DNA of 61,218 nt from Guillardia theta CCMP2712 (Eukaryota > Protista > Cryptophyta): positions 29,237-90,454 of the forward strand of contig NW_005434535.1 in NCBI RefSeq assembly GCF_000315625.1. The letters are read 5' to 3'. Numbering within the stretch: position 1 is the stretch's first letter; each line of letters starts with the position of its first letter. The translations under genes and the position numbers were made by a program. The notes beneath the pieces were generated by a model. That model was not told the DNA's origin. It saw only the letters and a program-made list of their open reading frames with translations, and did no database searches. This document shows, piece by piece, positions 25,319 to 37,392 of this stretch.

Positions 25319-26527
25319 TGCTTCTCATCAGTCATTAAAAGGACAAGATTCGCGATCAGACGGATCCGGGACCCCTTCGTTTCATGTCCTGAAGGAACTG
25401 AAGGGAGATGGTAAGAGGGAGGAGAGGAGCGCTGGCGGAAGGAAGGAGGAGGAGGATGGAAGGGAGGAGGAGGAAGCTGACCTGCCGAAAGGCCTCTGTG
25501 CCTTCCTTCCTTGCTGCAAGCATCTCCTTTCTGTCCTTTAATGCCTGCGAATCAACTTGGCGTCAGAGCATGGGAAGGGGTAGAGCCCTGGGAGATGAGA
25601 GCGGGAAAGGGGCTGAGGGTCAAGAAAGCATGGAAGGTTGACGACAGAGGAAAAGGGGGCATGAAGAGGAGCAGGAGCAACAGGACCTCCTCCTTTGTCT
25701 GTCGGATACATCCCCACCATGGGCAGCCCCCGACATGCACATGCGCCGCCCACCTGGAAGGAGAATCAGAAGGGAGCGCACGCGTGAGGGCAGAGTAGAG
25801 GAGAGATGAAGGGATTCTGAAGAGAGAGGAAAAGAGCGAGGGGGGGGGGAGAGGAGAGGAGAGGAGAGGAGAGGAGAGGAGAGGAGAGGAGAGGAGAGGA
25901 GAGGAGAGGAGAGGAGAGAAGGGAGGGGCAAGCAGGACAAGGCAGATCTAGAAAGAAAGAGGAAACAGAAAGAGCATGTCAGGGAGGGATCACTTCTTAT
26001 TCGGCAAGAGGGTAACGCCCCTTGGCGCTTTGGACTTGAAGGACTCGAAGACCTTCGCCTGGAGATCAAGACAAGTGAGAACGTGCGGGTCTGGGAGGAA
26101 GAGGAGGTGACGGAGAGGACCAGGATGGGATCGAAGCAGCACGCAGGGTCAAGGCAGCGTGCGAACTTTACCTGCATCGCCGAACGGCGATCATGGGGCA
26201 AGGAGGAAAGGCGGGTGTTGTGAACCAGCTTGTTCACTCTTGCGAGGGTCTCTGCAAGCCAGCAGCGAGTGAGGAAGGAGATTCAGTCAGTTATTCAGTC
26301 AGTCAGTTCAGTCTTCCCCCTACCTTGACTCATTGCAACGTGCTCGCCCATCCCCCTCGTCAAAGATCGCAAAGACTCTCTTATGCGGATCAGAACCTTG
26401 AAAGCAGCAGTCATTCCCTCTCAACTCTTGCCCCCGCCCCTTCCCTCCTGTCTCCTGTCCTGATCCAACCACCAACCCGCTCTAGTTCGCCCTCGCAACG
26501 CTGGTACTTACCCTGTCATCGTTGGTC

Positions 26528-28304
26528 TCACTCGCAACCCTCTCGAGCACCGCGATGACATGTCGATTTATCTGCGCACAGACATTGAACATAATCCCTT
26601 GAGCTTGCTTCTGTTCTCACCTCGTCGTCGTCCTTCATTGTCTCGTTGATGAAAGGATAGATAATAGGGCGCTGGTCCCAATCCTTGGAAGCTTTCTCCA
26701 GGAAGTAAATGACCTGGACAACAATCATCTCATGAATCCTCACAAGGAAGGCAACACGACTCTCAGATCGCATGCGAGTTCTACACTAGGAACCACCCAC
26801 TGTGAAGCATGTATCCAACACGACAGATGACACATATCAACGAACAAGTGGCAGCAGGAGGGAGGAGGGAGGGGGCGAGTAGTGACGTGGCAAGAGACCT
26901 CGTCTAGGAAGAAGATACTGATTGCCCGCTCCTCCACCATAACACAATCCTGCAGCGTGATGACCAGGTGCGGGACGTTGGGGGGGGACAGGAGCGGGCT
27001 TCCCCCTGCTTCCAACGCTGCGATCCAGAAAGTGGGCAGAGCATCGTTATCATCCTCCTCCTCTATGCTGCTACAACTCTGCCAACAGTTCGTGACAGTC
27101 AACCATGGAAGAAGCCCATCAAACAAGCGAGGCGAGCATAAGATACAAGCTTGTCCAACACATTGACGAGCAAACAGTGTATGCATCTCCCCCATCTACA
27201 TCGTGCGAGCGTACGAACCTTGTCAGGCAGGCAGGAGGAGGGGGTGTCGAAGAGATGCAGGTGATTGAACCTACTCGTCTTGTTGCTCTCGATGTCTTGT
27301 ATGATGAAGTCGTACGCATCCTTCTCAGCAAAGATGAACAACTTCACCACCGGCTTCCCGTTCGGTCCCAGCAGCACCGGGCCTTCCATCTTCCTGTCCT
27401 CCCTCAATGGCAGCCCCACTTGAAACACGAACTCCCCTCCGTCGTCAAGGTGCCACCAGGTCAGCGCTCCCTTAGCGCTTAGCCGCGTCGCCATGTCGCA
27501 GGTATGCCGTGCCCTCCACCCGCCTTCTCCTCCCCCCTCCCCTGCTCCTCCGTCTTCTCCTCCTCCTTCCCGTCCTCCTGTCGGCCCGGCTCCTAGCAGC
27601 TCCGGCAGCGGCCACTGAAGAGCCTGAGGGAGCTTGGGGATCCTGGGTGCCCCATCGTCTTCCCTGTGGAACATCTGGAGATTCAGCGGCTTGTCTGAGC
27701 TGAGAACCTGTCGGGAAAAAGGGAGAGGAAGGGAGGGAGGGAGGGAGGGAGGGAAAGGGACGGACGGACGGACGGACGGACAGGGATCAGGGGCCATACA
27801 GGGATAGGGACAGAGGTTGGAGGAGGAGGGTCATCATCAGAAGCTGCATCGACGCATTGATGGATATTACACCTGCTCGAACGATTCTACCACTCTGAGC
27901 TCCTCGTCGTCTGCTAGGATGGTTCCTGCAGCGGGAAGGAGGATTCAACCGACTCTGAACTCCCAGCTACCGGGATGGTTACCTGGCCTTCCCCAACCCG
28001 CTACAAACGCGATCTTCGGCCGTGGAAACTTGTTTCTCGTCTCGTCGTTGACCAGGAAGTCTAGGCAGTCTCCTCCCACCTGATCGCAAGCTGCCTTCCC
28101 GTACCTAGGATCCACGAGCACCGGCGATCCATCCAGCAGGTGTTGCTTTATCTCCTCCTCGCTCCTGGCCGTCGGGGCGATTTTACATCTCCACCTCTCC
28201 GACATCTTGCTGTGATATTGATCTGGTAGCTTCCACTTCTTCAACAGCTCCACCATCCCATACTCCTTCCCTGCCTCCTCTGAAATCCTCACGACCTCCG
28301 TCAT
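26528..28304 (-). CDS. JmjC-domain Fe(II)/2-oxoglutarate oxygenase, multi-exon; ends approximate
   Basis: SAKGALTWWHLDDGGEFVFQVGL (HxD), KLFIF, and LEAGGSPLLSPPNVPHLVITLQDCVMV (distal His), which form the JmjC facial triad. Confidence 0.8.
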
Positions 28305-29646
28305 ACTCGCCAATGGGGGGTTGTCACGCAGCTGCTCTACACCCAATGATACAAGACTATGTCGGCTCACGATCAGCAGTGGCAGTACTCCATTGTGGTC
28401 TCGCTTCCCCGGCGATTTCCTGCTATCCTAGCCTCGCCGTCACCGTTTTCGCTTGTGTCGCTTTCAATGCTTTACCTCCCCCTCCTTCGTTCCTCCTTCG
28501 TCCCCTGCCTCTTCTTGATCTCCTTCCTCTCCTTCCTCTCCTCTCGTGCCGTACTTCCTCGCCTGCTCCTCCTTCCCTCGTCCCGCGCATGGGCAGTCGC
28601 AAACAGGTCAGCCGAAACGTTTCGCAGACAGGAATCGCTGCCCCGATGTTTTGACAAAAACTAATAATAGTAGTAGTAAATGATGAAATCATTTTGTGGT
28701 AAAAATTGAATATTTCATGAAACTTTTGGGAAATTGTTTGACTTTGTTCAGATTTGGAGAGCAAAACTCTGATAGGCGAGTGACTGCCTTGTTATCAAAG
28801 CTTGAAGTTTTCTCAAGTGCAGTCATATGTAATTCATGTCAAGCTCTGACCCTGGCGGAAAATAACAGCCAGAATCAAGAGATCTTTGTTCCTGCCGTGG
28901 ACCCGGCGTATGGTGGAAAGGAATGCCAGCAAGGGCGGGGAGGGAGGAGCGGGAGGGGAGGAGCAGGAGCAGGAGCAGGAGGACAAAGATGAGTGGATAG
29001 AGATGAGGATGATGATGACATAGACGGCTGAAGGAAGTTGAGGAAGAGGAAGGCTTGGAGCGGATGGTATGTTCAAAAGTTTCATTGCGAAGTTGAAAGC
29101 AGGATGATTAAAGGAGGCATGAAGATGGTTAGCGGAGAGATTTGAATAGAATACGTGGAGGTGGAAGAAGATGAAGATGTCGTGTTTATCGTACGGTAAT
29201 GGCAGGACGAGGACTAGTGGTGCGAAACATTGGGCTGCCCTGATGAATGTTTCTCTTCGCCAAGATGATCGACCTGGCGCAATGGGAGGAGAGGGAAGGG
29301 AGAAGAGAGAATTGTGCATCTCATTAGTATGAAGATTGAATTAAGGATGAATGCGAGAAAAGTACCGAGAAAGCAGCAGAAATGTACCATGTTGCTGTAT
29401 CATGATGTTTGCTGTGGTTTGTTGCGGGAGTGACATGGGTCAAGGAGCAGGTAGGCGAGAGAGAGAGAGAGAGAGAGAGAGATGCTGCGAGATAGTAGCA
29501 AGTGAGAGGAAGAGAACAATCTACAGTCAGAGTGAGACGAAGAGAGGACGGAAAAGCGCGGGAACAACCCCGCATAAAGGGTTTCATGAACAGAAACAAA
29601 CTATGTTCTGCTTGCGACCTGACAAACATGATTGGCGGTGAACAGG

Positions 29647-30577
29647 ATGGGGTTGGGCGATACATGGGATGCGGAGGAGCAGGAGGAGCATACGGATCGA
29701 GCTCGTCTCATTTCACAGAGGCAGGGCCCTCCAACGCAGTAAGAATTTGCTGATGCTGCGTCGCAAGCTAACAGCTCCATAAGCTCGATCGTGTTGGCAG
29801 TCATGCTGTTCCTGGTGGGAACAGGACTGTTGATCGTCTGCATTCTTATCACGACAGGAGCGATTGATGCAGGTTGAAGCATGAGCATGAAAAGGAGGAG
29901 GAGGAGGAGGAGGAGCAGCAGCAGCAGCAGCAGCAGCAGTTTTGATGAGTTGTTCAATGCTTATAGATGCTTGCTTGAGTTCTTAGTTTGTCGAGGCTTC
30001 CTGTACTTTGAGATCTTATGGGTGTCAGCGAAGTGTCTCGTGTCGGGGAGTTGGTCGGATGTCTCTTTGGACTCTGTTCTCGGGGCAACTTGTACCATGT
30101 CTGAACACTGGGAGCTGCTTGCTGATTTCTGCTTGCACGAGATGTGAATCGGTGGAATTTCTGCTTCCTTCTCTGACTTGATCTTGTTGTTTGCCATGCC
30201 CTTCTCATTGTTGTGCCTTGCCAGATTATTTCTTCCCCGGTCAAGGATGGAAGCAGCCAGCTTTCACTTTCCTCGCCCTTGGTGAATTTGAATGCAATGT
30301 TGACTACCAATCTAACCTCCTCTCCTCTCCTCTCCTCTCCTCTCCTCTCCTCTCCTCTCCTCTCCTCTCCTCTCCTCTCCTCTCCTCTCCTCTCCTCTCC
30401 ACTCCTCTCCTCTCCTCTCCTCTCCTCTCCTCTCCTTGCCTCTCCCTGTTCCTCGCTCTTCTCATCTCAGGTCTCGTTAGTTTCGTTCCAGGGTTCTACA
30501 TCGCCCGCATCGCTTTCTACGCATGGCGAGGAGAACCGGGGTTTTCTTTCTCGCAGATCCCATCAGTTCGGATGTGA
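29647..30577 (+). CDS. TMEM230/TMEM134 family (DUF872-like) small two-TM protein, 4 exons
   Basis: MGLGDTWDAEE...|SISSIVLAVMLFLVGTGLLIVCILITTGAIDA|DYFFPGQGWKQPAFTFLALG|LVSFVPGFYIARIAFYAWRGEPGFSFSQIPSVRM*. The PGFY..RIA.YA..G..G.SF..IP signature is characteristic of the family. Confidence 0.8.
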
Positions 30578-30949
30578 TGTAGGAGCGAAGAGGACGAGTA
30601 AAGGGGAGACGGAGGTAGGGAGGAGATGATGATGATGTTGATGATGATGATGATGTGTGACGATGATAAGAGAAGGAGATGAAGGTGCCTGTACTTTGTT
30701 TGTCATCGTATGTAAACTAGAAACCATCATGCTTGAAACTGATCTCCCCTTCTTCTCCCTACTCCTTCGCCTCCTCATCTTCCACCACCACCACCTTCTC
30801 GAAATTGTCTTACCTCGTCCCCCAACTCAAGCATCTCATTTTCCTCCCTCAATCTTCTACCACTGTACGCTTGTCCTCCCCTCCAGGATTCATCTCCTCC
30901 TCCTCCTTCCTCCTCCTCCTCCTCCCTCCTGGAGCAACGACGGCAGAGA

Positions 30950-31846
30950 ACCGGAAGCGTGCAGGGACAAACTCTAGGACGATAAGACGTAGATGAGGAG
31001 GAGGAGGAAGAGAGGAGGAGGAGGAGGAAGATGAGGAGGAGGAGGATACATCGGTGGTTTATTTGCCCGGGCAGGGAACATGTCGGGCGCAGGAGCGATA
31101 GAGGCGGATGACATGCTGCTTGACGGAGGGAAGGTAGGACATGCTCGAGAAATCTCCAGAGAGTTCGCCCTGAGGGAAAGATGAGGTGGAAGAGGAAGGG
31201 GCAAGTGAGCAAGCGTGACGGTGGCCGGGTGGGGGCGGGGGCGAGGGCTCTGTGGGAGCAGGGGAGGAAGGGACAGAGCAGATCAGAGTAGAGTAGGGAG
31301 AAAGAGAGGAGGGAGGAGTGGGAGGGAAAGAAAGAGGAAAGAAAGAGAGGGATTTTGACCTGCCGCTTGATCATCTGAATTTCTCCTCCAAGTTGCTTGC
31401 AGTAGGCGTTCATCACGTTCACGGTCTCTTGGTTTGCTCCCTTCACGTCTCCTGGAGCGCTTGACGATGACTTGTCAGAGAGCGGGAGAAAGAGGACGAG
31501 GAGAGGGCAAGGAGGAGGGCAAGGAGGAGAACGAGAGGACGAGGAGGAGAATGAGGAGGAGAGGAGGAGGAGGAGGAGGAGGATCAGTAGAAAGGGCAAA
31601 GAGGACGCGAGGAGAAGAATGAGACAGAGGCTTACTTAGGTGCGGGGTCAAAGAATATTCGAACAGCTTGATCGGTGATGAAGCATCTTTGAAAGTCGTC
31701 AACAAGTGTGAACAGGGAAAAAACAAGTTCTCAGCTTGTCAAAGTCACTTCACCTCTTCGTCTCCTCGTCGTACTTGTCGTTGCACGCACAGGGGCCCGC
31801 ACATCCCCCGTAGAACCTCCGAACTTCCTGCAGAAGCACTAAGTCT

Positions 31847-31884
<38 letters not shown>

Positions 31885-32846
31885 CCTCCACAAGATAATC
31901 CTCTGTTGCATCCTCCCCTCCCCTCACCGCTGCTTTCGTGGGATCATAAAAATATTCTCCCTCCTTCACCTTCCCCATCTTCTTTCCGTTCTCGGAGCCT
32001 GCCTGTGCTCATGTCAGTTTCATTCTACCACAACCACGACCTCCTCCTCCGCCTCCTCCTCCTCATTTTCTTCTTCTTCATCATCTTCTTCTCCTTTCCT
32101 CCTACTTCAACTCCTCCAATCCTGCGTTCTCGTCTCCTCCTACACTCGCTTCGTTCTCCCTCCACCCGCTCCTCCTCACCTCGATCGCTTCTATCCCGGG
32201 ACGAGAGCTTGGAGTCTCTTGGCATTTGTACCTGCACGACCCCAGCTCAGCCCGAGGATCTGCAAGAGACCAGCTGGACTCACACAGAAGGTTCAGACCA
32301 GAAGTTTCCCGTCCACCTGCTCCCCAGCCACGCGATAGCGTTGTTGTCACCCACCTTGCACCTGGCCGGGTCCTTGAGACCATGAGAGCAGCAGGAGCAG
32401 CGAGACAAGAATGTCTGGTAGGAGGTGGAGCAGGAGCAAGAGAAGCGGGGGGAGGAGGAGCAAGGAGAGCCGGAGGAGGACGAGGAGTACGAGGAGGACG
32501 AGGAGGACGAGGAGGACGAGGAGGACGAGGAGGACGAGGAGGGGGAAGGGGAAGAGGGGAACGGGGAGAGGGGGGAGGGAGGGTATTTTCGTCCTACATT
32601 CCTCCTTTGCAAATTCCATGATCGCATGAAGGAACTTTCGCGAAGTAGCGATCACTCTCAGACGCGCACGTCGGGTTGCAGGTGCTGTTGACTCGTCAGC
32701 GAGTAGAGAAGAAGTTGAAGAAGCATGAGGGAGACTCGAAGAGGGGAGGAGGAAGACACAGCAGAGGGAGGAGAGGGCACGGAGGAGGAGAGGGGGGGAG
32801 GCGGTGGTGGAGGAGGAAGAGTACGGTATAGGAGAGAAGGGGGCAC

Positions 32847-32913
<67 letters not shown>

Positions 32914-33432
32914 CAACAAGGAGCAAGTGGGGCAGGGGAGCAGGAAGGAGGGTAAGGAAGGAGCAGGAGGGCTGGACCTGTAGAAGAACGCGACCTTGTG
33001 CCTGTCTTTGACGTCATACCAGAAATTCCCCGAGTCGTCTTGCGAGCCAGCCAGTATCTTCCCTCCTCGCGTGAAGTCAGCGCATGTCACCCAGCGCTCC
33101 ATGCTGAGGAAGCCAATGGCCAACTTGTCCTCCACTCGGCAACGGTGTCCCTCCTGGTCCAGGAGGTCCTCCTCCGCCGCACACTGTTCTCCTCCCTTCA
33201 CCAGCACCGGCACCCTCTCGTCCTCAATGATGGTATTCCCCAGACCGATGAGAAACAGGAGCCCCAGCAGGAGGACGGCGATCCTTGAGGACGACTGCTC
33301 CTTCAGCTGATCCAGCAGCCAGTCAAGCATGTTGAAGACAGGTCCGCATGGGCCTCTGAAGATGGTCTCCTCCGAGTATGACGATGCTGCCCATCTCCTG
33401 TCTTCGTCGCTGACCTCAATGTATCCCGACAT
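30950..33432 (-). CDS. Hypothetical single-pass membrane protein, multi-exon; 3' end uncertain
   Basis: Coding-like first exon MSGYIEVSDEDRRW...IAVLLLGLLFLIGLG (TM)...KVAFFY, followed by short coding-like blocks between purine/pyrimidine-rich introns (e.g. KEGEYFYDPTKAA, NQETVNVMNAYCKQLGGEIQMIKRQ). No family recognised. Confidence 0.5.
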
Positions 33433-34317
33433 GCCTTGCTCGGTCCAGCGCTCTGCCCCTACTTCCTCCTTGACCTAGCTCCTCTCTTCCTGCCCCTTCC
33501 TTCTCGCCTGTTCTCCCTTAGTCTTCCCTCCTTCTCCCCTTCCTTTAGCTACTTTCTTCTCAACAGATTTCTGAACAAGAAAGTTGTAAGCAAGATCGCA
33601 AGGTTACACAGAAGGAACAAAACGAAGATCCGAGACGGGAGAGCAGCTGAATGTGGAATGTAGTCCATCGAGGAGGGATGAGAAAGAAGGAGGGAGGAGG
33701 GAGGAGGGAGGAGGGAGGATGCAAGATGGAACGGAGGTGAAGGGAGGAAGAGGGGGAGAAGGAAGAGTTTTACCAGGTTTCACCAGAATTGTTTTCCCAT
33801 GGCAACCTAAACGTATTCCGGACCTGAAATCAAACCTGGTAAGATTATCTTCGTATCGTCTCACTGGCTCTTGCTCTCCTCCTCTGTGTACTGCTTTTGT
33901 CTTGTAGTGTAGTCCTTCTTGTCTTGTCTCCTCCTCTCCCCGCTCTCTCTCTCCCCCCCCACCCGCCCCCCCTTCCTGCTCTATTCTACAACTCTCACTC
34001 CTCTCTCCTCCCTCCTCCCTCCTCTCTCCTCTCTCCTCTCCTACCCCCCCGCGAACATTTTCGACACGTCCACGCATTCCCATGTGAGTAGGTCAAATTC
34101 CCTGATCCCACAAGAATTTGATTACCACCCCTTCCTTTGAGTTGCAAGCACGTAGAAAATAACCCGGTACTAGGGATTTAAAAAGTACCCCTACCCCCTA
34201 TTGATACTTGATGCCCAGATTAGGATGTCCGCCAACAACATGCAGCAGTCGCAGCAGCATGGAATGAACAAGATGTCGCAATGAGAAAAGATACCGAAGG
34301 ATATGGAGCAGTAGAGA

Positions 34318-34432
34318 TGTGAGATCATACGTGAGTATGATTATGAGATCATGTAAGAGTATGATACGAGATCATGTACAAGTAAGATATGAGATCATGT
34401 ATAAGTATGATTCTAGATCATGTACAAGTAAG
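34318..34432. repeat. ~23-bp minisatellite, about 5 degenerate copies (gagatcatgtacaagtatgatat consensus)
   Basis: Units gagatcatacgtgagtatgattat / gagatcatgtaagagtatgatac / gagatcatgtacaagtaagatat / gagatcatgtataagtatgattc / tagatcatgtacaagtaag. Confidence 0.85.
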
Positions 34433-34818
34433 GTGCAATCTTGTGTGTTAGTTTGTTTGTTCGCCGTGACTGACACATGTCCATCCCGAGGGTTCAGTCC
34501 TCATCAATGTGATGATGATTTGATGTGATGGATGCTTCATTCCTGTGACATGTGAACTTAATCACATTAGAAAATTTGTCGTGCATTCACTTCCAGTGCA
34601 CATCTTGCAGCAATGAGTCGGATGACTGGTGGAAATCTCAAGAGGCGAGTAGCAAGAATGTAGCATGAGACAACCTGTAATGTTGTTCAACAGTGTAAAA
34701 TGAGGTATGTATGTACGATAACACAGAGATCGCCTCGAACACCTAGATCAAAGAAAGACCAAGAAACTAACATGAAACAATCCCAGCAAAAAGAAAAAAA
34801 ACATTCCTGCCCATCGCT

Positions 34819-35967
34819 TTAATCCACTTCAGTTTGTTTCGGCATGAAGCGAACGGCGAGCACGCCTCTGAACCACTCATCGCGGCACGGGGATCCATCG
34901 ATCAGCTCCAGGATGCCGGTTCCATGTCGCTTCCCATCCTTCCAGTCACCCACGAACGTGCTGCCGTCCTTGGCTGACTTGTACACTCCTCGACCATTGG
35001 GCTTGTCCTCGAACCATTCACCAGTGAACTCGTCGCCGTTGACATGCACTAAAGTCCCCGAGCCCTCCCGCTGCCCGTACTTGAACTCTCCCGTGTAGAT
35101 CCCGTTCCCATGTGCGTTGTACACTCCTTTGCCATGAACCAGGTCCTTGTCCCACTCCCCATCGTAGGTGTCGAGGTTGGCAAAGGTGTACATACCGCGC
35201 CCCTGCCTCCTCCCTCTCTCCCACTCTCCCATGTAGTGACCGCCGTCAGCATAGAACGCCTCTCCCTCTCCTTCGCTGTATCCCTGCGACCACTGCCCAC
35301 TGTATCGCTCACCGTTGGGGTATGTGATGATCCCCTCCCCATGCCTCAGGTCATTCACCCAGTCTCCCTGGTACACCGACCCATCCTTGTACACGTACAC
35401 ACCCTTCCCGTCCCTCCTGTCGCCGAAGAACTCTCCCTCGTACCTGCTCCCGTCTGAGAGCAAGCACTTTCCTGCTCCGCACTTGACTCCCTTGTCCCAG
35501 AACCCTACATACTTCCCTCCATCAGCATAGGTCATGGTCCCATAACCCTGTTTCAGGTCAAAGCTCCATGCTCCGTCATACTTGTCGCCGTTGGGATAGG
35601 TTTCTACCCCCTGCCCTGATCGCTGCCCGTCTTCCCAGTTCCCGATGTACTCAACTCCATTGGCATGAACATACTTGCCAAATCCCTGCCGCTTGTCCTG
35701 GTGGTAATTGCCGTTGACGTAGGCGTCTCCATTCGCAAACACGTACGTTCCAACCCCGTGCTTCTTGTTATTCTTCCACTCACCTTCATACTCCTCTGAC
35801 TCGGTGAACACCTGTCTCCCCCTCCCGTCCTTCATCCCATTCTTCCACTCTCCCTCGTAGTTGGATCCATCAGGGTAGACTATCGTCCCTTGCCCCTCAG
35901 GAAGACCCTGCCTGTTAACCTCTCCCTCGTACCTCACACCGTTGGGGAACTCGTAGACTCGATTCAT
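34819..35967 (-). CDS. MORN-repeat protein (about 15 repeats), uninterrupted ORF
   Basis: 382-aa ORF made of consecutive 23-aa YEGEW.NG..HG.G...Y.NG repeats. Confidence 0.93.
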   Translation of the reverse strand: MNRVYEFPNGVRYEGEVNRQGLPEGQGTIVYPDGSNYEGEWKNGMKDGRGRQVFTESEEYEGEWKNNKKHGVGTYVFANGDAYVNGNYHQDKRQGFGKYVHANGVEYIGNWEDGQRSGQGVETYPNGDKYDGAWSFDLKQGYGTMTYADGGKYVGFWDKGVKCGAGKCLLSDGSRYEGEFFGDRRDGKGVYVYKDGSVYQGDWVNDLRHGEGIITYPNGERYSGQWSQGYSEGEGEAFYADGGHYMGEWERGRRQGRGMYTFANLDTYDGEWDKDLVHGKGVYNAHGNGIYTGEFKYGQREGSGTLVHVNGDEFTGEWFEDKPNGRGVYKSAKDGSTFVGDWKDGKRHGTGILELIDGSPCRDEWFRGVLAVRFMPKQTEVD

Positions 35968-36261
35968 GGTGTTGGTCTGCGCTCACACTTTCAGCACAAG
36001 ACAGACATGGCAATCTCGCTGCATCTTGCTACCAGCACCAATTTACCATGGAATCATACCGCAGGAAACAAAACTTGTTATGCAAAGTGCATGTTTGAGG
36101 AAAAATCTCTTTTCTCCTCTCGTTTTTCTCCTGTCTACTTGGGCATACATTGAAACCTTTGTGCTCGTCTTCATGATGATTCTTTCCCTCTTCCCCGTCT
36201 TTACTGACCACATGGATTCCCCTCAAAGTTTACACCTCCCTCTCCTACTCTCGCTCCCCCA

Positions 36262-36697
36262 NNNNNNNNNNNNNNNNNNNNNNNNNNNNNNNNNNNNNNN
36301 NNNNNNNNNNNNNNNNNNNNNNNNNNNNNNNNNNNNNNNNNNNNNNNNNNNNNNNNNNNNNNNNNNNNNNNNNNNNNNNNNNNNNNNNNNNNNNNNNNNN
36401 NNNNNNNNNNNNNNNNNNNNNNNNNNNNNNNNNNNNNNNNNNNNNNNNNNNNNNNNNNNNNNNNNNNNNNNNNNNNNNNNNNNNNNNNNNNNNNNNNNNN
36501 NNNNNNNNNNNNNNNNNNNNNNNNNNNNNNNNNNNNNNNNNNNNNNNNNNNNNNNNNNNNNNNNNNNNNNNNNNNNNNNNNNNNNNNNNNNNNNNNNNNN
36601 NNNNNNNNNNNNNNNNNNNNNNNNNNNNNNNNNNNNNNNNNNNNNNNNNNNNNNNNNNNNNNNNNNNNNNNNNNNNNNNNNNNNNNNNNNNNNNNNN
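36262..36697. other. Assembly gap (others at 54739-54838 and 60323-60422)
   Basis: Runs of N. Confidence 1.
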
Positions 36698-37392
36698 TCT
36701 GATGGAGGAGGTGAGACAAGGAGGAGCCGAGTAGTGCGGGGTCGATGAGGAGAGGAGCCAGCAATGTAGAGGCTCCTGAATGTTGTTCGGCAGGCCGCAT
36801 GCGCTGCCATTGCGCCGCAGCTCAAAGCAGGAGAGACTTCTGTGGGAACAGCCATCAACATTTCCCACCTCAGTCCTACCCCAGTAAGCTGCTCTCATCT
36901 TCTTGCCCCCGGAATGACTGTCATCATTAGCTGGGGGCGACGGTGACAGCGACGGCAACAGTGGAGGAAGCGACCGAGAGGAAGGTGACTGTGTTGTTAG
37001 TGAGATCCATTCTGATGCGCATGTCTGGTCAAGTTCTCCTTCAAGGTGACAGCCACTGACAGTTGCGGGGACAAGATCGGCGAAGGGACTCATACCAGAG
37101 CCATTGTCAAAGTGGACAAGTTTATGCAGAAGGTGATGGAGAAGCTCCAAGTGAAGCCCAACGACTCTCCCAGCTTGTGACGAGAGCGAGCTAAGGTGCA
37201 GCCTTAATGTCTCTATATTGCAAGCCAAGAGGAACTGTGTGTCCCTCTTCCCGACCCTCTCTCCCTCCTCCCTCTCTTCTCATCGTCAAGTCACAATCGT
37301 CACCAACGCTCTTCACTCACAATTCTCCGCCCCGTCTTCCAGCATCACGCACGCTGCCTGCCCCCGAGGACCAGCAGCGGCTGCTCGCTCCC

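Noticed and set aside
33792-33807. X-box-like gttttcccatggcaac as an RFX site
   Set aside because: The match is imperfect and RFX factors are not established in this lineage.
34318-34432. Regularly spaced ~23-bp repeats as a CRISPR-like array
   Set aside because: The units are contiguous with no unique spacers, there are no cas genes and the context is eukaryotic; it is a minisatellite.
36698-37228. Minus-strand ORF next to the assembly gap
   Set aside because: Its length is inflated by Ns and it has no recognisable motif, so a gene cannot be supported.
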